From Haliotis rufescens (taxonomy: Eukaryota), in contig NW_025963890.1 in NCBI RefSeq assembly GCF_023055435.1, positions 52,576,001-52,640,000 on the forward strand: DNA of 64,000 bases, given 5' to 3'. Position numbers and translations under genes: made by a program. The notes beneath the pieces were generated by a model. That model was given only the letters and a program-made list of their open reading frames with translations, ran no database searches and had not been told where the DNA came from. Below, in pieces: positions 37,157-51,132 of this stretch (position 1 is the first letter of the stretch; the number at the start of each line of letters is the position of its first letter).

Positions 37157-40100
37157 ATGAGACGTTGCCAGGATCGGAACACCTTTGTCGGACCGCTCTC
37201 TGAGCGATACATCGTCATCCCCGAGGACCTGTTCCAGGACCTGACCAGAACACCGACGACCATCGACCTGACCCTGCAGCGGTACCGCCATGGTACCCAC
37301 AGGACCGCCGGAACCTACCCCCGGCCTCGGCCCCTCCCCCCACTAGACAGGACCAGACACCGCCCCAGGGCTAAAGCTTATGGAGTGGTCGGGGTGCACA
37401 CGTCTGGAGAGTTCAGGTAGGTTAATTCACCTGAAGATATTCACAATGAGAGAGTTCGTGTTTAGTATTTAAGGAAAACACGGCGATTGACATAAAAAAA
37501 AGGTTTCATGTAGCGTGCCCTTGGGATTCGAACCGAGTCTTCGGCTGTTCACATGGAGCCTTATGGTTGTATATTGTACTTATCCCCTCGAAAAAAGTCA
37601 AGAAGTTGGAGAAAAAGACTTGAGAGGGTCCGGACTAGTACAAGCAGCACACACACGCGACGTTCAACCCAATTTCACCTCACCTGAGAGGGTTTCATGG
37701 AAAATAACTTCATTATTGTTGGTAACGAGATTTCAGGGTTACTTCTCATCCGGTGAACATCAGGTGAGGGATGATGGGGTGCGTGAGATATCGGTTCCCA
37801 GGCCGATGCTCCGTTTCCAGGATCATTCCATCATTTTTAGCAGTGACAGACAAGCTTCAGTGTACCTCCCGACCTCCTGCTGGCAAAGATTGACATATTG
37901 GTTTGTTAGAGGTACACGTATTTCAAGTTCCCGTTCTATACGGACCATCTACCCGTGTCATACAGAGAGACTGTACTATATGGCCTTCTACCCGTGTCAT
38001 ACAGAGAGACTGTACTATATGGCCTTCTACCCGTGTCATACAGAGAGACTGTGCTATACGGACCATCTACCCGTGTCATACAGAGAGACCGTACTATACG
38101 GCCTTCTACCCGTGTGATACAGAGAGACTGTACTATATGGCCTTCTACCCGTGTCATACAGAGAGACTGTACTATATGGCCTTCTACCCGTGTCATACAG
38201 AGAGACTGTTCTATACGGACCATCTACCCGTGTCATACAGAGAGACTGTACTATATGGCCTTCTACCCGTGTCATACAGAGAGACTGTGCTATAAGGACC
38301 ATCTACCCGTGTCATACAGAGAGACCGTACTATACGGCCTTCTACCCGTGTGATACAGAGAGACTGTACTATATGGCCTTCTACCCGTGTCATACAGAGA
38401 GACTGTACTATATGGCCTTCTACCCGTGTCATACAGAGAGACTGTTCTATACGGACCATCTACCCGTGTCATACAGAGAGACTGTACTATATGGCCTTCT
38501 ACCCGTGTCATACAGAGAGACTGTACTATATGGCCTTCTACCCGTGTCATACAGAGAGACTGTTCTATACGGACCATCTACCCGTGTCATACAGAGAGAC
38601 TGTACTATATGGCCGGCCTTCTACCCGTGTCATACAGAGAGACTGTTCTATACGGACCATCTACCCGTGTCATACTGAGAGACTGTACTATACGGACCAT
38701 CTACCCGTGTCATACAGAGAGACTGTTCTATACGGACCATCTACCCGTGTCAGAACAGAGAGACTGTACTATACGGACCATCTACCCGTGTCATACAGAG
38801 AGACTGTACTATGCGGACCATGTACCCGTGTCATACAGAGAGACTGTTCTATACGGACAATCTACCCGTGTCATACAGAGAGACTGTACTATACGGACCA
38901 TCTACCCGTGTCATACAGCGAGACTGTACTATACGGCCTTCTACCCGTGTCATACAGAGAGACTGTACTATACGGACCATCTACCCGTGTCATACAGAGA
39001 GACTGTTCTATACGGACCATCTACCCGTGTCATACAAAGAGACTGTACTATACGGACCATCTACCCGTGTCATACAGAGAGACTGTTCTATACGGACCAT
39101 CTACCCGTGTCATACAGAGAGGCTGGTCTATACGGGCCATCTACCAGTGTCATACAGAGAGACTGTTCTATACGGACCATCTACCCGTGTCATACAGAGA
39201 GACTGTTCTATACGGACCATCTACCCGTGTCATACAGAGAGACTGTTCTATACAGACCATCTACCAGTGTCATACAGAGAGACTGTACTATACGGACCAT
39301 CTACCCGTGTCATACTGAGAGACTGTTCTATACGGACCATCTACCAGTGTCATACAGAGAGACTGTACTATACGGACCATCTACCCGTGTCATACAGAGA
39401 GACTGTACAATACGGACCATCTACCCGTGTCATACAGAGAGACTGTTCTATACGGACCATCTACCCGTGTCATACAGAGAGACTGTTCTATACGGACCAT
39501 CTACCCGTGTCATACAGAGAGACTGTACTATACGGACCATCTACCCGTGTCATACAGAGAGACTGTTCTATACGGACCATCGACCAGTGTCATACAGAGA
39601 GACTGTACTATACGGACCATCTACCCGTGTCATACAGAGAGACTGTACTATACGGACCATCTACCCCGTCATACAGAGAGGCTCTACTATACGGACCATC
39701 TACCCGTGTCATACAGAGAGACTCTACTATACGGACCATCTACCCGTGTCATACAGAGTGACCGTTCTATACGGGCCATCTACCCATGTCATACAGAGTG
39801 ACTTACTAAACGGCCTTCTATCCGTACTACAGACGGCCTCTACTAGATTGGACACCTTCCCGTACTACAGACGGCCTCTACTACATTGGACACCTTCCCA
39901 TACTACAGACGGCCTCTACTACATTGGACACCTACCCGTACTACAGACGGCCTCTTCTACATTGGACACCTTCCCGTACTACAGACGGCCTCTAATAAAT
40001 TGGACACCTTCCCGTACTACAGACGGCCTCTACTACATTGGACACCTACCCGTACTACAGACGGCCTCTAATAAATTGGACACCTTCCCGTACTACAGAC

Positions 40101-43100
40101 GGCCTCTACTTTTGGACACCTTCCCGTACTACAGACGGCCTCTACTACATTGGACACCTACCCGTACTACAGACGGCCGCTACTACATTGGACACCTTCC
40201 CATACTAAAGACGGCCTCTTCTACATTGGACACCTTCCCGTGCTACAGACGGCCTCTACTACACTGGACACCTACCCGTACCACAGACGACCTCTACTAC
40301 ATTGGACACCTTCCCGTACTACAGACGGCCTCTACTACATAGGACACCTTCCCGTACTACAGACGGCCTCGTCTACATAGGACACCTTCCCGTACTACAG
40401 ACGGCCGCTGCTATATTGGACACCTTCCCGTACGACAGATGGCCTCTACTACATTGGACACCATCCCATACTACAGACGACCTCTACTACAAAAGACACC
40501 TTCCCGTACTACAGACGGCCTCTGCTACATTGGGCACCTTCCAGTCCTACGAACCCGTGAAGATCTGGGGTAGAATAGGTCTTCAGCAACCCATGCTTGT
40601 CGTAAACGGCGATGATGCTTGCTGTAAGAGGCGACTAACGGGATCGGGTGGTCAGACTCGATGACTTGGTTGATGCATGTCATCGTATCCCAATTGCGTG
40701 GATCGAGGCTTATGATGCCAATCACTGGATTGTCTGGCCCAGACTCGATTATTTACAGACCGCCGTCATATAGCTGGAATATTGCTGAGTGCGTCGTTAA
40801 ACAACAAACAAACAAACTAAAGATATAGACTGCCTCTCAATACGCCACCTTTGCTGACACTTCTGATCTCACGGGCACCATCACCATTGCGTAGCATCAT
40901 CTGCTTACACTGAAACCACCCGCAGCATCAGATGTGAGTGTCGTGTCGTGTCAGAGGTGACAGATGGTGTTGTTAGGAGGTGTTAGGAGGTGTGGTGAAC
41001 TACTCTGTACAGGTGTCACTGGTGTTTGTCTGTCTGTCGGACCTTTCCCAAATCGGTTTGTCTCCACCGGGTCGGACACTGTTTATTCATGATTGCTATA
41101 AGCTGCGCTGCCAGGACGGTGTATAAGGTACCCCCATACCCTAAACACGTACGTACCCCCATACCCCCAACACCCGCGTACCCCATTACCCTAAATACCC
41201 ACGTAACCAAATAACCTAAACACCCACGTACCCCATACCCTAAATACCCATCTACCCCCATACCCCCAACACCCAATTCCCCCCGTACTCCCCATACTCG
41301 TAACACCCACGTACCCCATAACCTAAACACCCACGTACCCCATACCCTAAACACGTACGTACCCCTATACCCCCAACACCCACGTACCCCCATACCCTAA
41401 ACACTCACGTACCCCCATAACCTAAAAACCTACCTACCCCCGTACCCCCAACACCCACGTGACGCCAGACATTACCTTACTACAAGCTACCTTACTGCAC
41501 TCTGTGACGGCGCCCCTCATTCTGCCATAACTCTTTTCAAACTTTTATGGCTTTATGAAAATCTTTTCAGTTAACATCGATAAGATTTGATAAATGATTT
41601 GAACGAACTCTTGCGAGATAAACTCAACCTGGGGGTCGTTTCGAGAAGACGTGTTCAGTGACGGCCTCCGCGTGTGATAACAAGGTATTTTAGCCATGGT
41701 CAATCGGTGCTATGATCGCAAGACGGGGAACAGAGGTCAAAGTATCCATGATGCTAATTGATCGAAAGCTGCCACACGTGGAACATTGGGTAAAGTATCC
41801 ATTAGGCTATGGAACTATAGTCCCTGGTTGGGTCATGGAAGCCATTTGGCTAAGGTAAAGGTAAAGTTCCCAGACAGGTCAAAGAATCCACTTGGCATGT
41901 AGTAAACTAAGCACTTTTGAAATGGCCCCCGTTGGAAAGAAACTGTCGTCTGCTCGCCTGCCGACCTGGTAGATTATCGTCGATGACTGTTTACCAAACT
42001 GTTACATAGGTAATAATCACAGAGGCGGAAAATATGCGAGCCTCTTTTCAACCTCGTAACTCGTTCAATAGACTTGTCGAAATTACAAATCTAATCCCCG
42101 CCTAAAGCAGACGACAATACAGCGCGGCGTAATCACTGGCCCTTTCCGTACCATGAGAGCTGGACGTAGTTTGTACAGCAGGAACGTGTAGGGATGTATC
42201 GGCTTAACGAGGTGCCCCACGAGCCCCTAGAGGAGAAGGATAGAGGCAGGTAAGTCTGGGCCTCACCTCAGATGCTTCACCGATGTAGCTGGGTCCACCA
42301 ATATTGATTCAAATATCTCAGCGTATCAAATAACACGTTAAGGTACCAGGGATCCCACTTGTAATTTCAACAGTCTTAAGTATTGATGATACTCGCATCA
42401 TCTGACATTTTACGAAGATGGTGTGGGTGTGTTGTGATAGACGCGTGTCTTCATTGGCTTTGACAGAGCTCCTGCTAAACACTGAAACTATACTATACTC
42501 ATGTCCTAAAAGTAGTCTGAGTGAGTGAGTGAGTATGGTTTTACGCCGCTTTTAGCAATATTCCAGCAATATCACGGCGGGGGAGACCAGAAATTGGCTT
42601 CACACAATGTGCCCGGGTCGGGAATCGAACCCTGGTCTTCGGCGTGACGAGCGAACGCTTTAACCACTAGGCTACCCGACCGCCCTCCTAAAAGTAGCAT
42701 TACAGTACCCTAACACAGCCATCTGACTGTCCTGCACTGGGACATAGACCTTGGTACACCTGGCACCAGGCTCAAGGCCCATGTAAGGTCTCTGGTAGCT
42801 GAGTGTCCCCATATTGCTCCACGGTCCTCTGTCCTCCGCCAGAGAAGACAGGCATGCTGGTGTTCAGGTCCTGCCAACAAAATACTGGACACAGACAACA
42901 ACTGGAATACTGGACACGTACGTACTGGAATACTGGACACATAAGTACTGGGATACTGGACACAGACAAGAACTGGAATACTGGACATATAAGTACTGGA
43001 ATACTGGACACATAAGTACTGGAATACTGGACACATAAGCACTGGAATACTGGACACATAAGCACTGGAATACTGGACACATAAGTACTGGAATACTGGA

Positions 43101-46100
43101 CACATAAGTACTGGAATGATGGACACATAAGTACTGGAATATTGGACACATAAGCACTGGAATACTGGACACATAAGCACTGGAATACTGGACACATAAG
43201 TACTGGAATATTGGACACATAAGTACTGGAATGATGGACACATAAGTACTGGAATACTGGACACATAAGCACTGGAATACTGGACACATAAGCACTGGAA
43301 TACTGGACACATAAGTACTGGAGTACTGGACACAGACAAGTACTGGAGTACTAGAAACGGGTATTAGCAGTGACATGGCCCACCCCATGCAGGTTGTGAT
43401 TTTCAACATGCATAATTCATCCGTTAACAATATGGCTGTTGTGTTGTGCGACAGCAATAAACGGACTCTGACAGGCAGAGTGAGTCGTACAAGCGCCGCC
43501 AACAGACATCAAATATTCACAGAGGGAAAGAGACGGACATTAACGAGACAAAGGTGTTAGGTGAATTGTGTATTTTCAATCAACCTATTTGAACTAAATC
43601 CTATTTGAAAAGCAGAAAGATATATCGATCCCAGTATGTGACAATGCTACACGCCAGCGTTTAAGGAAAGTCTATTGCCGTAGTGGCTTGTCTGTTTGTT
43701 TGTCCCTTGTTCGGATCTAGTGAGTCGTTAAACGTCCTGTGAAGGAGCACGGGTTTTCATGCCCGTCATCGTTTTAAAACAAGGTAGGTTTGCGCCTATA
43801 ACTATCAACATGGCCGAATTGATGTCAGATTTGTATTTGTAATTACAGTTTACACATTTAGTCCATGGATACAATTGATAATTGTATTATAATTATGCTA
43901 TGTTGTGCTATAGGTCTACACGAGTATACATACGCCATGTACTCAATCACTGTGGTATAAGCCTGTTATCGCCTGCCTGTGAGTGTATACCTTGTGCTCC
44001 GGGCAATATTGCATTAAAACACCTGTACACAAGTGTGTGGTGAACAACATATGAGGGGAACAACCAATAGAATAAACTGCTACTCGAACACCTTTGTGTC
44101 ATGAACGTATATCCGTAGCCCTTTAAGTCTTCATAATTTGAAAATACAAAAAAATACAGTTACAGTAAACTACGCTTATAACGAACACGCTTATAACGAA
44201 CTTATTTTTTAGACCCGGCCATTTGTTGCATATATGCTGTATGTATGCTTATAACGAACTACGGTTATTACGAACTAAAATTAGTGGTCCCTTTGAGTTC
44301 GTTATAACCGTAGTTTACTGTATGTTTCTTATCCGAAAATATCTATTGACACCGGTCAATGTGATCATGACTTTCTACACACAGACCTTATAGGTCCTGC
44401 TTGGGCAAGACTGGTTAGATATTATAGGTGTTTCTGTGTGGGAGTGGGACATACATAATACCTCTTACTTGTAATAAGGAGAGAGTAGGTTTACCGGTAT
44501 ACGGTTGGCCCTGTGTGTTTAGCTATACAGTACGGACAACAGTGTCACGGCAGTACCCCGACTCCGTATAGGAAATCAATGGGCCCGTATATGCGGGCTG
44601 TGCTCGACAACCGGGCGCCTATACATGTACATTGTATATGAGAACTACTAAGCACCTATGCACGTACAGTAAACTACCTTTATAACGAACACGCTTATAA
44701 CGAACTGTCAGATATAACGAACTTATGTTTTGGTCCCGTCAATTGGCTATATATTTGCTGTATCAGAGACCATATATGGTCTCTGGCTGTATATATGCAT
44801 ATAACGAACTGCGGTTATAACGAACTAAAAATAGTGGTCCCTTTGAATTCGTTATAACCGTAGTTTTCTGTATATGTGTACACTGCATGATGACCAAACA
44901 CGAGACTAACATCTAGTCTTTGAAATGAACATATTGTACAGTAAAAGCAGAAATATGATAAAAAGGAGCCCAGAGACTTTCTTCGTGTTCCTGATACTGC
45001 AGTAATCTAGACTTGCCAAACATTATAGACTTGCATGGGCTGTATTGGATATATTTGTTTCAGGGTCTGTATGGCAGACTAACCAAGTACCAAAATATGT
45101 ATATGCAAACTGCGTTCGACGACCGATCACATATGCAGGTATATGCAAACTGCGTTCGACGACCGATCACATATACATGTATATGTGAACTGTGCTTGAC
45201 GACTCATCACCTATACATGTATATGCGAACTGTGTTTGACGAATAGGCACCTACACATGTATATGCGAACTGCGTTCGACGACCGATCACCTATACATGT
45301 ATATGCGAACTGTGCTTGACGACTAGGCACCTTTACATGTGTATGCGAAATGTGCTTCGCGACCAGCACATATACATGTATGTGCGAACTGTGCTCGACG
45401 ACCGAGCACATATAAATGTATATGCGAACAGTATACCCCCACCAAGCACCTATACATGTAAATGTGAACAGTGTTCAACCACCAAATACCTATACATGTA
45501 TATGCGAACAGTATTCAACCACCAAACACCTATATTATATGTGCACTGTGTTCGTCGACCGATCACATATACGTGTGTATGCGAACTGTATTCAAGCACC
45601 AAGCACCAAGCACCTGCACCGGGTTCGCACACAATCAGAGGGTGACAGGCTGACGGCGCCTCGGTTTCAGTTATACAACAGGCTGGTGGTGTTTATACAC
45701 TTATATAACCCTCACACGGCGCTCGGCTACTACTTACTCAAGCTGTTCTTAATTCTAATATCCCGTATTGTTTGTGCTTGCGTCCATTTACGTATAGGTT
45801 TTTACCCTAGATTTGGAATGTGGTGTTGAAGAGATTTCTACTTCAGACGGAACACTTAATATGTTTGTACAATTCAAGCAAGTCGCAGATAGGGAAATAC
45901 GGAGGTGGGTTGGGGTGAGGGCGAACTTCAAATGTTGTCATGGTTGTACAGTGACGTCATTCATTGCTATACCCCTTGTCCCCACAGTCGGACAATAGGC
46001 ATATTCCGCCACGGGGTCAAAGAAAAAATCCAGATAAATATATATCTGACATGTATACTTAATATGTTCTTAATACTCTTCCAGAAACTTAAACAACTAG

Positions 46101-49100
46101 GGGCGGTCGGGTAGCCTAGTGGTTAAAGCGTTCGCTCGTCACGCCGAAGACCCCGGGTTCGATTCCCGACATGGGTACAGTGTGTGAAGCCAATTTCTGG
46201 TGCATTCACATGCAACACGACCATTGGACGACAAGTGCCATATATCCTGTTACGTTTAATTCACATGTAACACGACTATTGGACGACAAGACACGTACCC
46301 AATATCATGCTACGTTTATATTATATGTAACACGACCATTGGACGACAAGACACGTACCATATATCATGTTTCGTTTATATCATATGTAACACGACCATT
46401 GGACGACAAGACACGTACCATATATCGGTTACGTTTATATCACATGCAACACGACCATTGGACGACAAGACACCTGCCATATAACATGTTACGTTTAATT
46501 AACATGCAACACGACCTTTGGACGACAAGACACGTACCATATATCATGTTTCGTTTATATCATATGTAACACGACCATTGGACGACAAGACACGTACCAT
46601 ATATCATGTTACGTTTATATCATATGTAACACGACCAGTGGACGACAAGACACGTACCATATATCGGTTACGTTTAATTCACATGTAACACGACCATTGG
46701 ACGACAAGACACGTACCATATATCATGTTACGTTTACATCATATGTAACACGACCAGTGGACGACAAGACACGTACCATATATCGGTTACGTTTATATCA
46801 CATGCAACACGACCATTGGACGACAAGACACGTGCCATATAACATGTTACGTTTATATCACATGTAACACGACCATTGGACAAGCCAAGTGCCATATATC
46901 ATGTTACGTTTATATCACATGTAACACGACCATTGGACGACAAGACACGTACCATATATCATGTTACGTTTACATCATATGTAACACTGCCTTTGAACGA
47001 CAAGACACGTACCATATATCATGTTACGTTTACATCATATGTAACACGACCATTGGACGACAAGACACGTGCCATATAACATGTTACGTTTATATCACAT
47101 GCAACACGACCATTGGACGACAAGACACGTGCCATATATCATGTTACGTTTATATCACATGTAACACGACCATTGGACGACAAGACACGTGCCATATAAC
47201 ATGTTACGTTTATATCACATGTAACACGACCATTGGACGACAAGACACGTTCCATATATCATGTTACGTTTATATCACATGTAACACGACCATTGGACGA
47301 CAAGACACGTGCCATATATCATGTTACGTTTATATCACATGTAACACGACCATTGGACGACAAGACACGTGCCATATATCATGTTACGTTTCTATCACAT
47401 GTAACACGACCATTGGACGACAAGACACGTGCCATATATCATGTTACGTTTATATCACATGTAACACGACCATTGGACGACAAGACACCTGCCATATATC
47501 ATGTTACGTTTATATCACATGTAACACGACCATTGGACGACAAGACACGTGCCATATAACATGTTACGTTTATATCACGTGTAACACGACTATTGGACGA
47601 CAAGACACGTTCCATATATCATGTTACGTTTATATCACATGTAACACGACCATTGGACGACAAGACACGTGCCATATATCATGTTACGTTTATATCACAT
47701 GTAACACGACCATTGGACAAGATAAGCCACGTGCCATATATCATGTTACGTTTATATCACATGTAATACGACCTTTGGACAAGACAAGTGCCATATATCA
47801 TGTTACGTTTCTATCACATGCAACACGACCATTGGACAAGACAAGTGCCAAATATCATGTTACGTTTATATCACATGTAACACGGCCATTGGACAAGACA
47901 AGTGCAATATATCATGTTACGTTTATATCACATGTAACACGACCATTGGACAAGACAAGTGCCAAATATCATGTTACGTTTATATCACATGTAACACGGC
48001 CATTGGACAAGACAAGTGCAATATATCATGTTACGTTTATATCACATGTAACACGACCATTGGACAAGACAAGTGCCATATATCATGTTACGTTTATATC
48101 ACATGTAACACGACCATTGGACAAGACAAGTGCCAAATATCATGTTACGTTTCTATCACATGTAACACGATATCACTGGTACCACAACCATTGGACAAGT
48201 ATGAAGAATATATAACGTGTTTAATATGCCCAATAGAAACACAATGGTTGGCAAATAAGGTGGTGTCCTGGGTATCATTCTCGCTCTGTGAATCCCGCGT
48301 GTCTTAGCTTGAGATTTTGTTCTCTTAGAATTGAGACTAACAGGCATGTGGCAAGCAACTTCTGTCAGCGCAACAACACACAACACACAACACACAACAC
48401 AAGGCAATCGCTAATGCCTGGCCCCGTACAAAGCCCAGGGCGCGTGCCGCTATAGATCTGTAGTTCGATACTAGCTGTAATTGATTACATATCGATAAGG
48501 CGTGGTATTGAAGTAATGAGATTATCAGATTTTGTGATCGATCCGCTGATGAACCATTACCGCGGAAACAATGATAAAGTGAAAGTGGTTTCATATTACG
48601 TGTAGGCTGACGGTGTACAGGTGGTTGTTTCATATTACGTGAAGGCTGACGGTGTACAGAAGGTGATTGTTTCATATCACGTGAAGGCTGACGGAGTACA
48701 GGAAGTGATTGTTTCATATTACGTGTAGGCTGACGGTGTACAGAAGGTGGTTGTTTCATATTACGTGTAGGCTGACGGTGTACAGGTGGTTGTTTCATAT
48801 TACGTGAAGGCTGACGGTGTACAGGAGGTGATTGTTTCATATTACGTGAAGGCTGACGGTGTACAGGAAGTGATTGTTTCACATTACGTGTAGGCTGACG
48901 GTGTACAGAAGGTGGTTGTTTCATATTACGCGAAGGCTGACGGTGTACAGGAAGTGATTGTTTCATATTATGTGTAGGCTGACGGTGTACAGAAGGTGGT
49001 TGTTTCATATTACGTGTAGGCTGACGGTGTACAGGAGGTGGTTGTTTCATATTACGTGTAGGCTGACGGTGTACAGCAGGTGGTTGTTTCATATTACGTG

Positions 49101-50883
49101 TAGGCTGACGGTGTACAGGAGGTGATTGTTTCATATTACGTGTAGGCTGACGGTGTACAACAGGTGGTTGTTTCATATTACGTGTAGGCTGACGGTGTAC
49201 AGGAGGTGGTTGTTTCATATTATGTGTAGGCTGACGGTTGAAGAAGGTGGTTGTTTCATATTACGTGTAGGCTGACGGAGTACAGGAGGTGGTTGTTTCA
49301 TATTACGTTTAGGCTGACGGTGTACAGGAGGTGGTTGTTTCATATTATGTGTAGGCTGACGGTGTACAGGAGGTGGTTGTTTCATATTATGTGTAGGCTG
49401 ACGGTTGAAGAAGGTGGTTGTTTCATATTACGTGTAGGCTGACGGTGTACAGGAGGTGGTTGTTTCATATTATGTGTAGGCTGACGGTTGAAGAAGGTGG
49501 TTGTTTCATATTATGTGTAGGCTGACGGTTGAAGAAGGTGGTTGTTTCATATTACGTGAAGGCTGACGGTGTACAGGAGGTGGTTGTTTCATATTACGTG
49601 TAGGCTGACGGTGTACAGGAGGTGGTTGTTTCATATTATGTGTAGGCTGACGGTTGAAGAAGGTGGTTGTTTCATATTACGTGAAGGCTGACGGTCTACA
49701 GGTGATTGTTGCATATTACGTGTAGGCTGACGGTGTACAGAAGATGGTTGTTTCATATTACGTTTAGGCTGACGGTGTACAGGTGGTTGCTTCATATTAC
49801 GTGTAGGCTGACGGTCTATAGAAGGTGGTTGTTTTATATTACGTGTAGGCTGACGGTGTACAGAAGGTGGTTGTTTCATATTACGTGTAGGCTGACGGTG
49901 TACAGGTGGTTGTTTCATATTACGTGTAGGCTGACGGTCTATAGAAGGTGGTTGTTTTATATTACGTGTAGGCTGACGGTGTACAGAAGGTGGTTGTTTC
50001 ATATTACGTGTAGGCTGACGGTGTACAGAAGGTGGTTGTTTCATATTACGTTTAGGCTGACGGTGTACATGTGGTGGTTTCATATTACGTGTAGGCTGAC
50101 GGTCTACAGAAGGTGGTGGTTTCATATTACGTGTAGGCTGACGGTGTACAGAAGGTGGTGGTTTCATATTACGTGTAGGCTGACGGTGTACAGAAGGTGG
50201 TTGTTTCATATTACGTGTAGCCAGCATGTAATACAACAAGTAATATTGTTTGAGAATTGATGTGTGTTTTACGAGTTTCACCACGGCGATACAACATATA
50301 CTATTGTTTGAGGATAGTGACTTGATGGATCTCGATGGATCTCACTGAGGTCACTGTTCAGTACCTAACGTTTGTCTTGGTATGTTTCAGCGCGATGGAT
50401 CTCGGCACTGATCATAATGAGGATTCAGAGGACGTCATCAGTCAAGTGGCTCGTGCAAACTTCTTGAGGGATGACCCTTCCAACATTTTGCCTCAAATCC
50501 GAGCGTCGCCATGTTTGATGCATTCCAAACAAGGCAGACGACAAGATCTGATTTACTCCACAAACAATCAAGGCGGCAAGGTTCCTAGTCACCTTGGTCA
50601 AAGCTCAAGGTCATTCATAGACAAATCAGTGAGACAAAGTGTTCATAAATTTAATTTTGAAACAAAACAACATGAAAGTCTGACCACGAAGCACCCCCCA
50701 GTTGTGGCGCACAAGCGCCCCAGACTGCCTGGACAGTACCCGTCCCAAGACTTGGTCATGTCCTGGCTCCTCCACGGCTCCGCACCAGTTGAACAGAACC
50801 ACTTCCCGGATATTGTAAAAGACGGACAGAAAACCAAAACGTCCAAAAAACAACGACATATGAATTCTTTGCTCAGTGAATAA
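37157..50883 (+). CDS. Hypothetical uncharacterised protein (~250 aa), possibly with an alternative first coding exon
   Basis: Exon 37151-37416 (acceptor ccatag, ATG 37157, donor AG|gtaggt, phase 2) splices in frame to exon 50391-50883 (acceptor tgtttcag; SAMDLGTDHNED...LLSE*). A short exon 42194-42249 (MYRLNEVPHEPLEEKDRG, AG|gtaagt) is also phase 2. No domain recognised. Confidence 0.45.
37935..39800. repeat. 39/40-bp minisatellite (~47 copies)
   Basis: Unit tacccgtgtcatacagagagactgttctatacggaccatc. Confidence 0.95.
39801..40550. repeat. 38-bp minisatellite (~20 copies), related to the preceding array
   Basis: Unit cccgtactacagacggcctctactacattggacacctt. Confidence 0.93.
40553..40816 (+). 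mobile_element. SINE family B, full length
   Basis: Colinear with the 20803 copy; (CAAA)n tail. Confidence 0.85.
41128..41462. repeat. C-rich ~22-bp degenerate tandem repeat
   Basis: Recurrent cacgtaccccataccctaaacac. Confidence 0.8.
42518..42685 (-). mobile_element. tRNA-derived SINE family A
   Basis: Full-length reverse copy; TSD TCCTAAAAGTAG. Confidence 0.88.
42880..43355. repeat. 23-bp minisatellite (~20 copies)
   Basis: Unit ggaatactggacacataagtact. Confidence 0.92.
44163..44320. mobile_element. Tc1/mariner-pogo-type MITE
   Basis: TA|CAGTAAACTACGCTTATAACGAAC ... GTTCGTTATAACCGTAGTTTACTG|TA. Confidence 0.85.
44667..44870. mobile_element. Second copy of the same MITE, carrying a 22-bp palindromic insertion
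   Basis: Same TIRs with TA flanks; insertion at 44764-44785. Confidence 0.85.
45095..45600. repeat. ~40-bp diverged minisatellite
   Basis: Unit approximately tatatgcgaactgtgttcgacgaccgatcacctatacatg. Confidence 0.85.
46100..46202 (+). mobile_element. 3'-truncated SINE family A
   Basis: Intact tRNA-like head; the body stops at tttctggtg where a satellite begins. Confidence 0.8.
46205..48200. repeat. 60/57-bp minisatellite (~34 copies)
   Basis: Unit gtaacacgaccattggacgacaagacacgtgccatatatcatgttacgtttatatcacat. Confidence 0.95.
48585..50220. repeat. 42-bp minisatellite with 39/41-bp variants (~39 copies)
   Basis: Unit gtttcatattacgtgtaggctgacggtgtacagaaggtggtt. Confidence 0.95.
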
Positions 50884-51132
50884 TGAACTAAGAAACGTTG
50901 GCATTACATTTGTCATTCCCTATTACACATCCCTCCATTGATGCTATCATGAACTCCCCTGACGAAACAGGCAAGACCTGTGTGGAGCGGGCGATGCTCT
51001 AGGTACGAGTGTTCACTGTGTCTGTATATGTGCAGTGTGCATTCGTCAGACTCGTTCAGTGTGACTGTGATTATGACGATTGTTAGTGCAAACGAAAACG
51101 TTGATCACACCGTGTGTGAGCTGACCTACATG

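Noticed and set aside
37515-40664. ORFs up to 651 aa
   Set aside because: Minisatellite translations, open in multiple frames, with no domain.
44380-44400. cagaccttataggtcctg hairpin as a fourth footprint
   Set aside because: No flanking 7-bp duplication and weak arm similarity.
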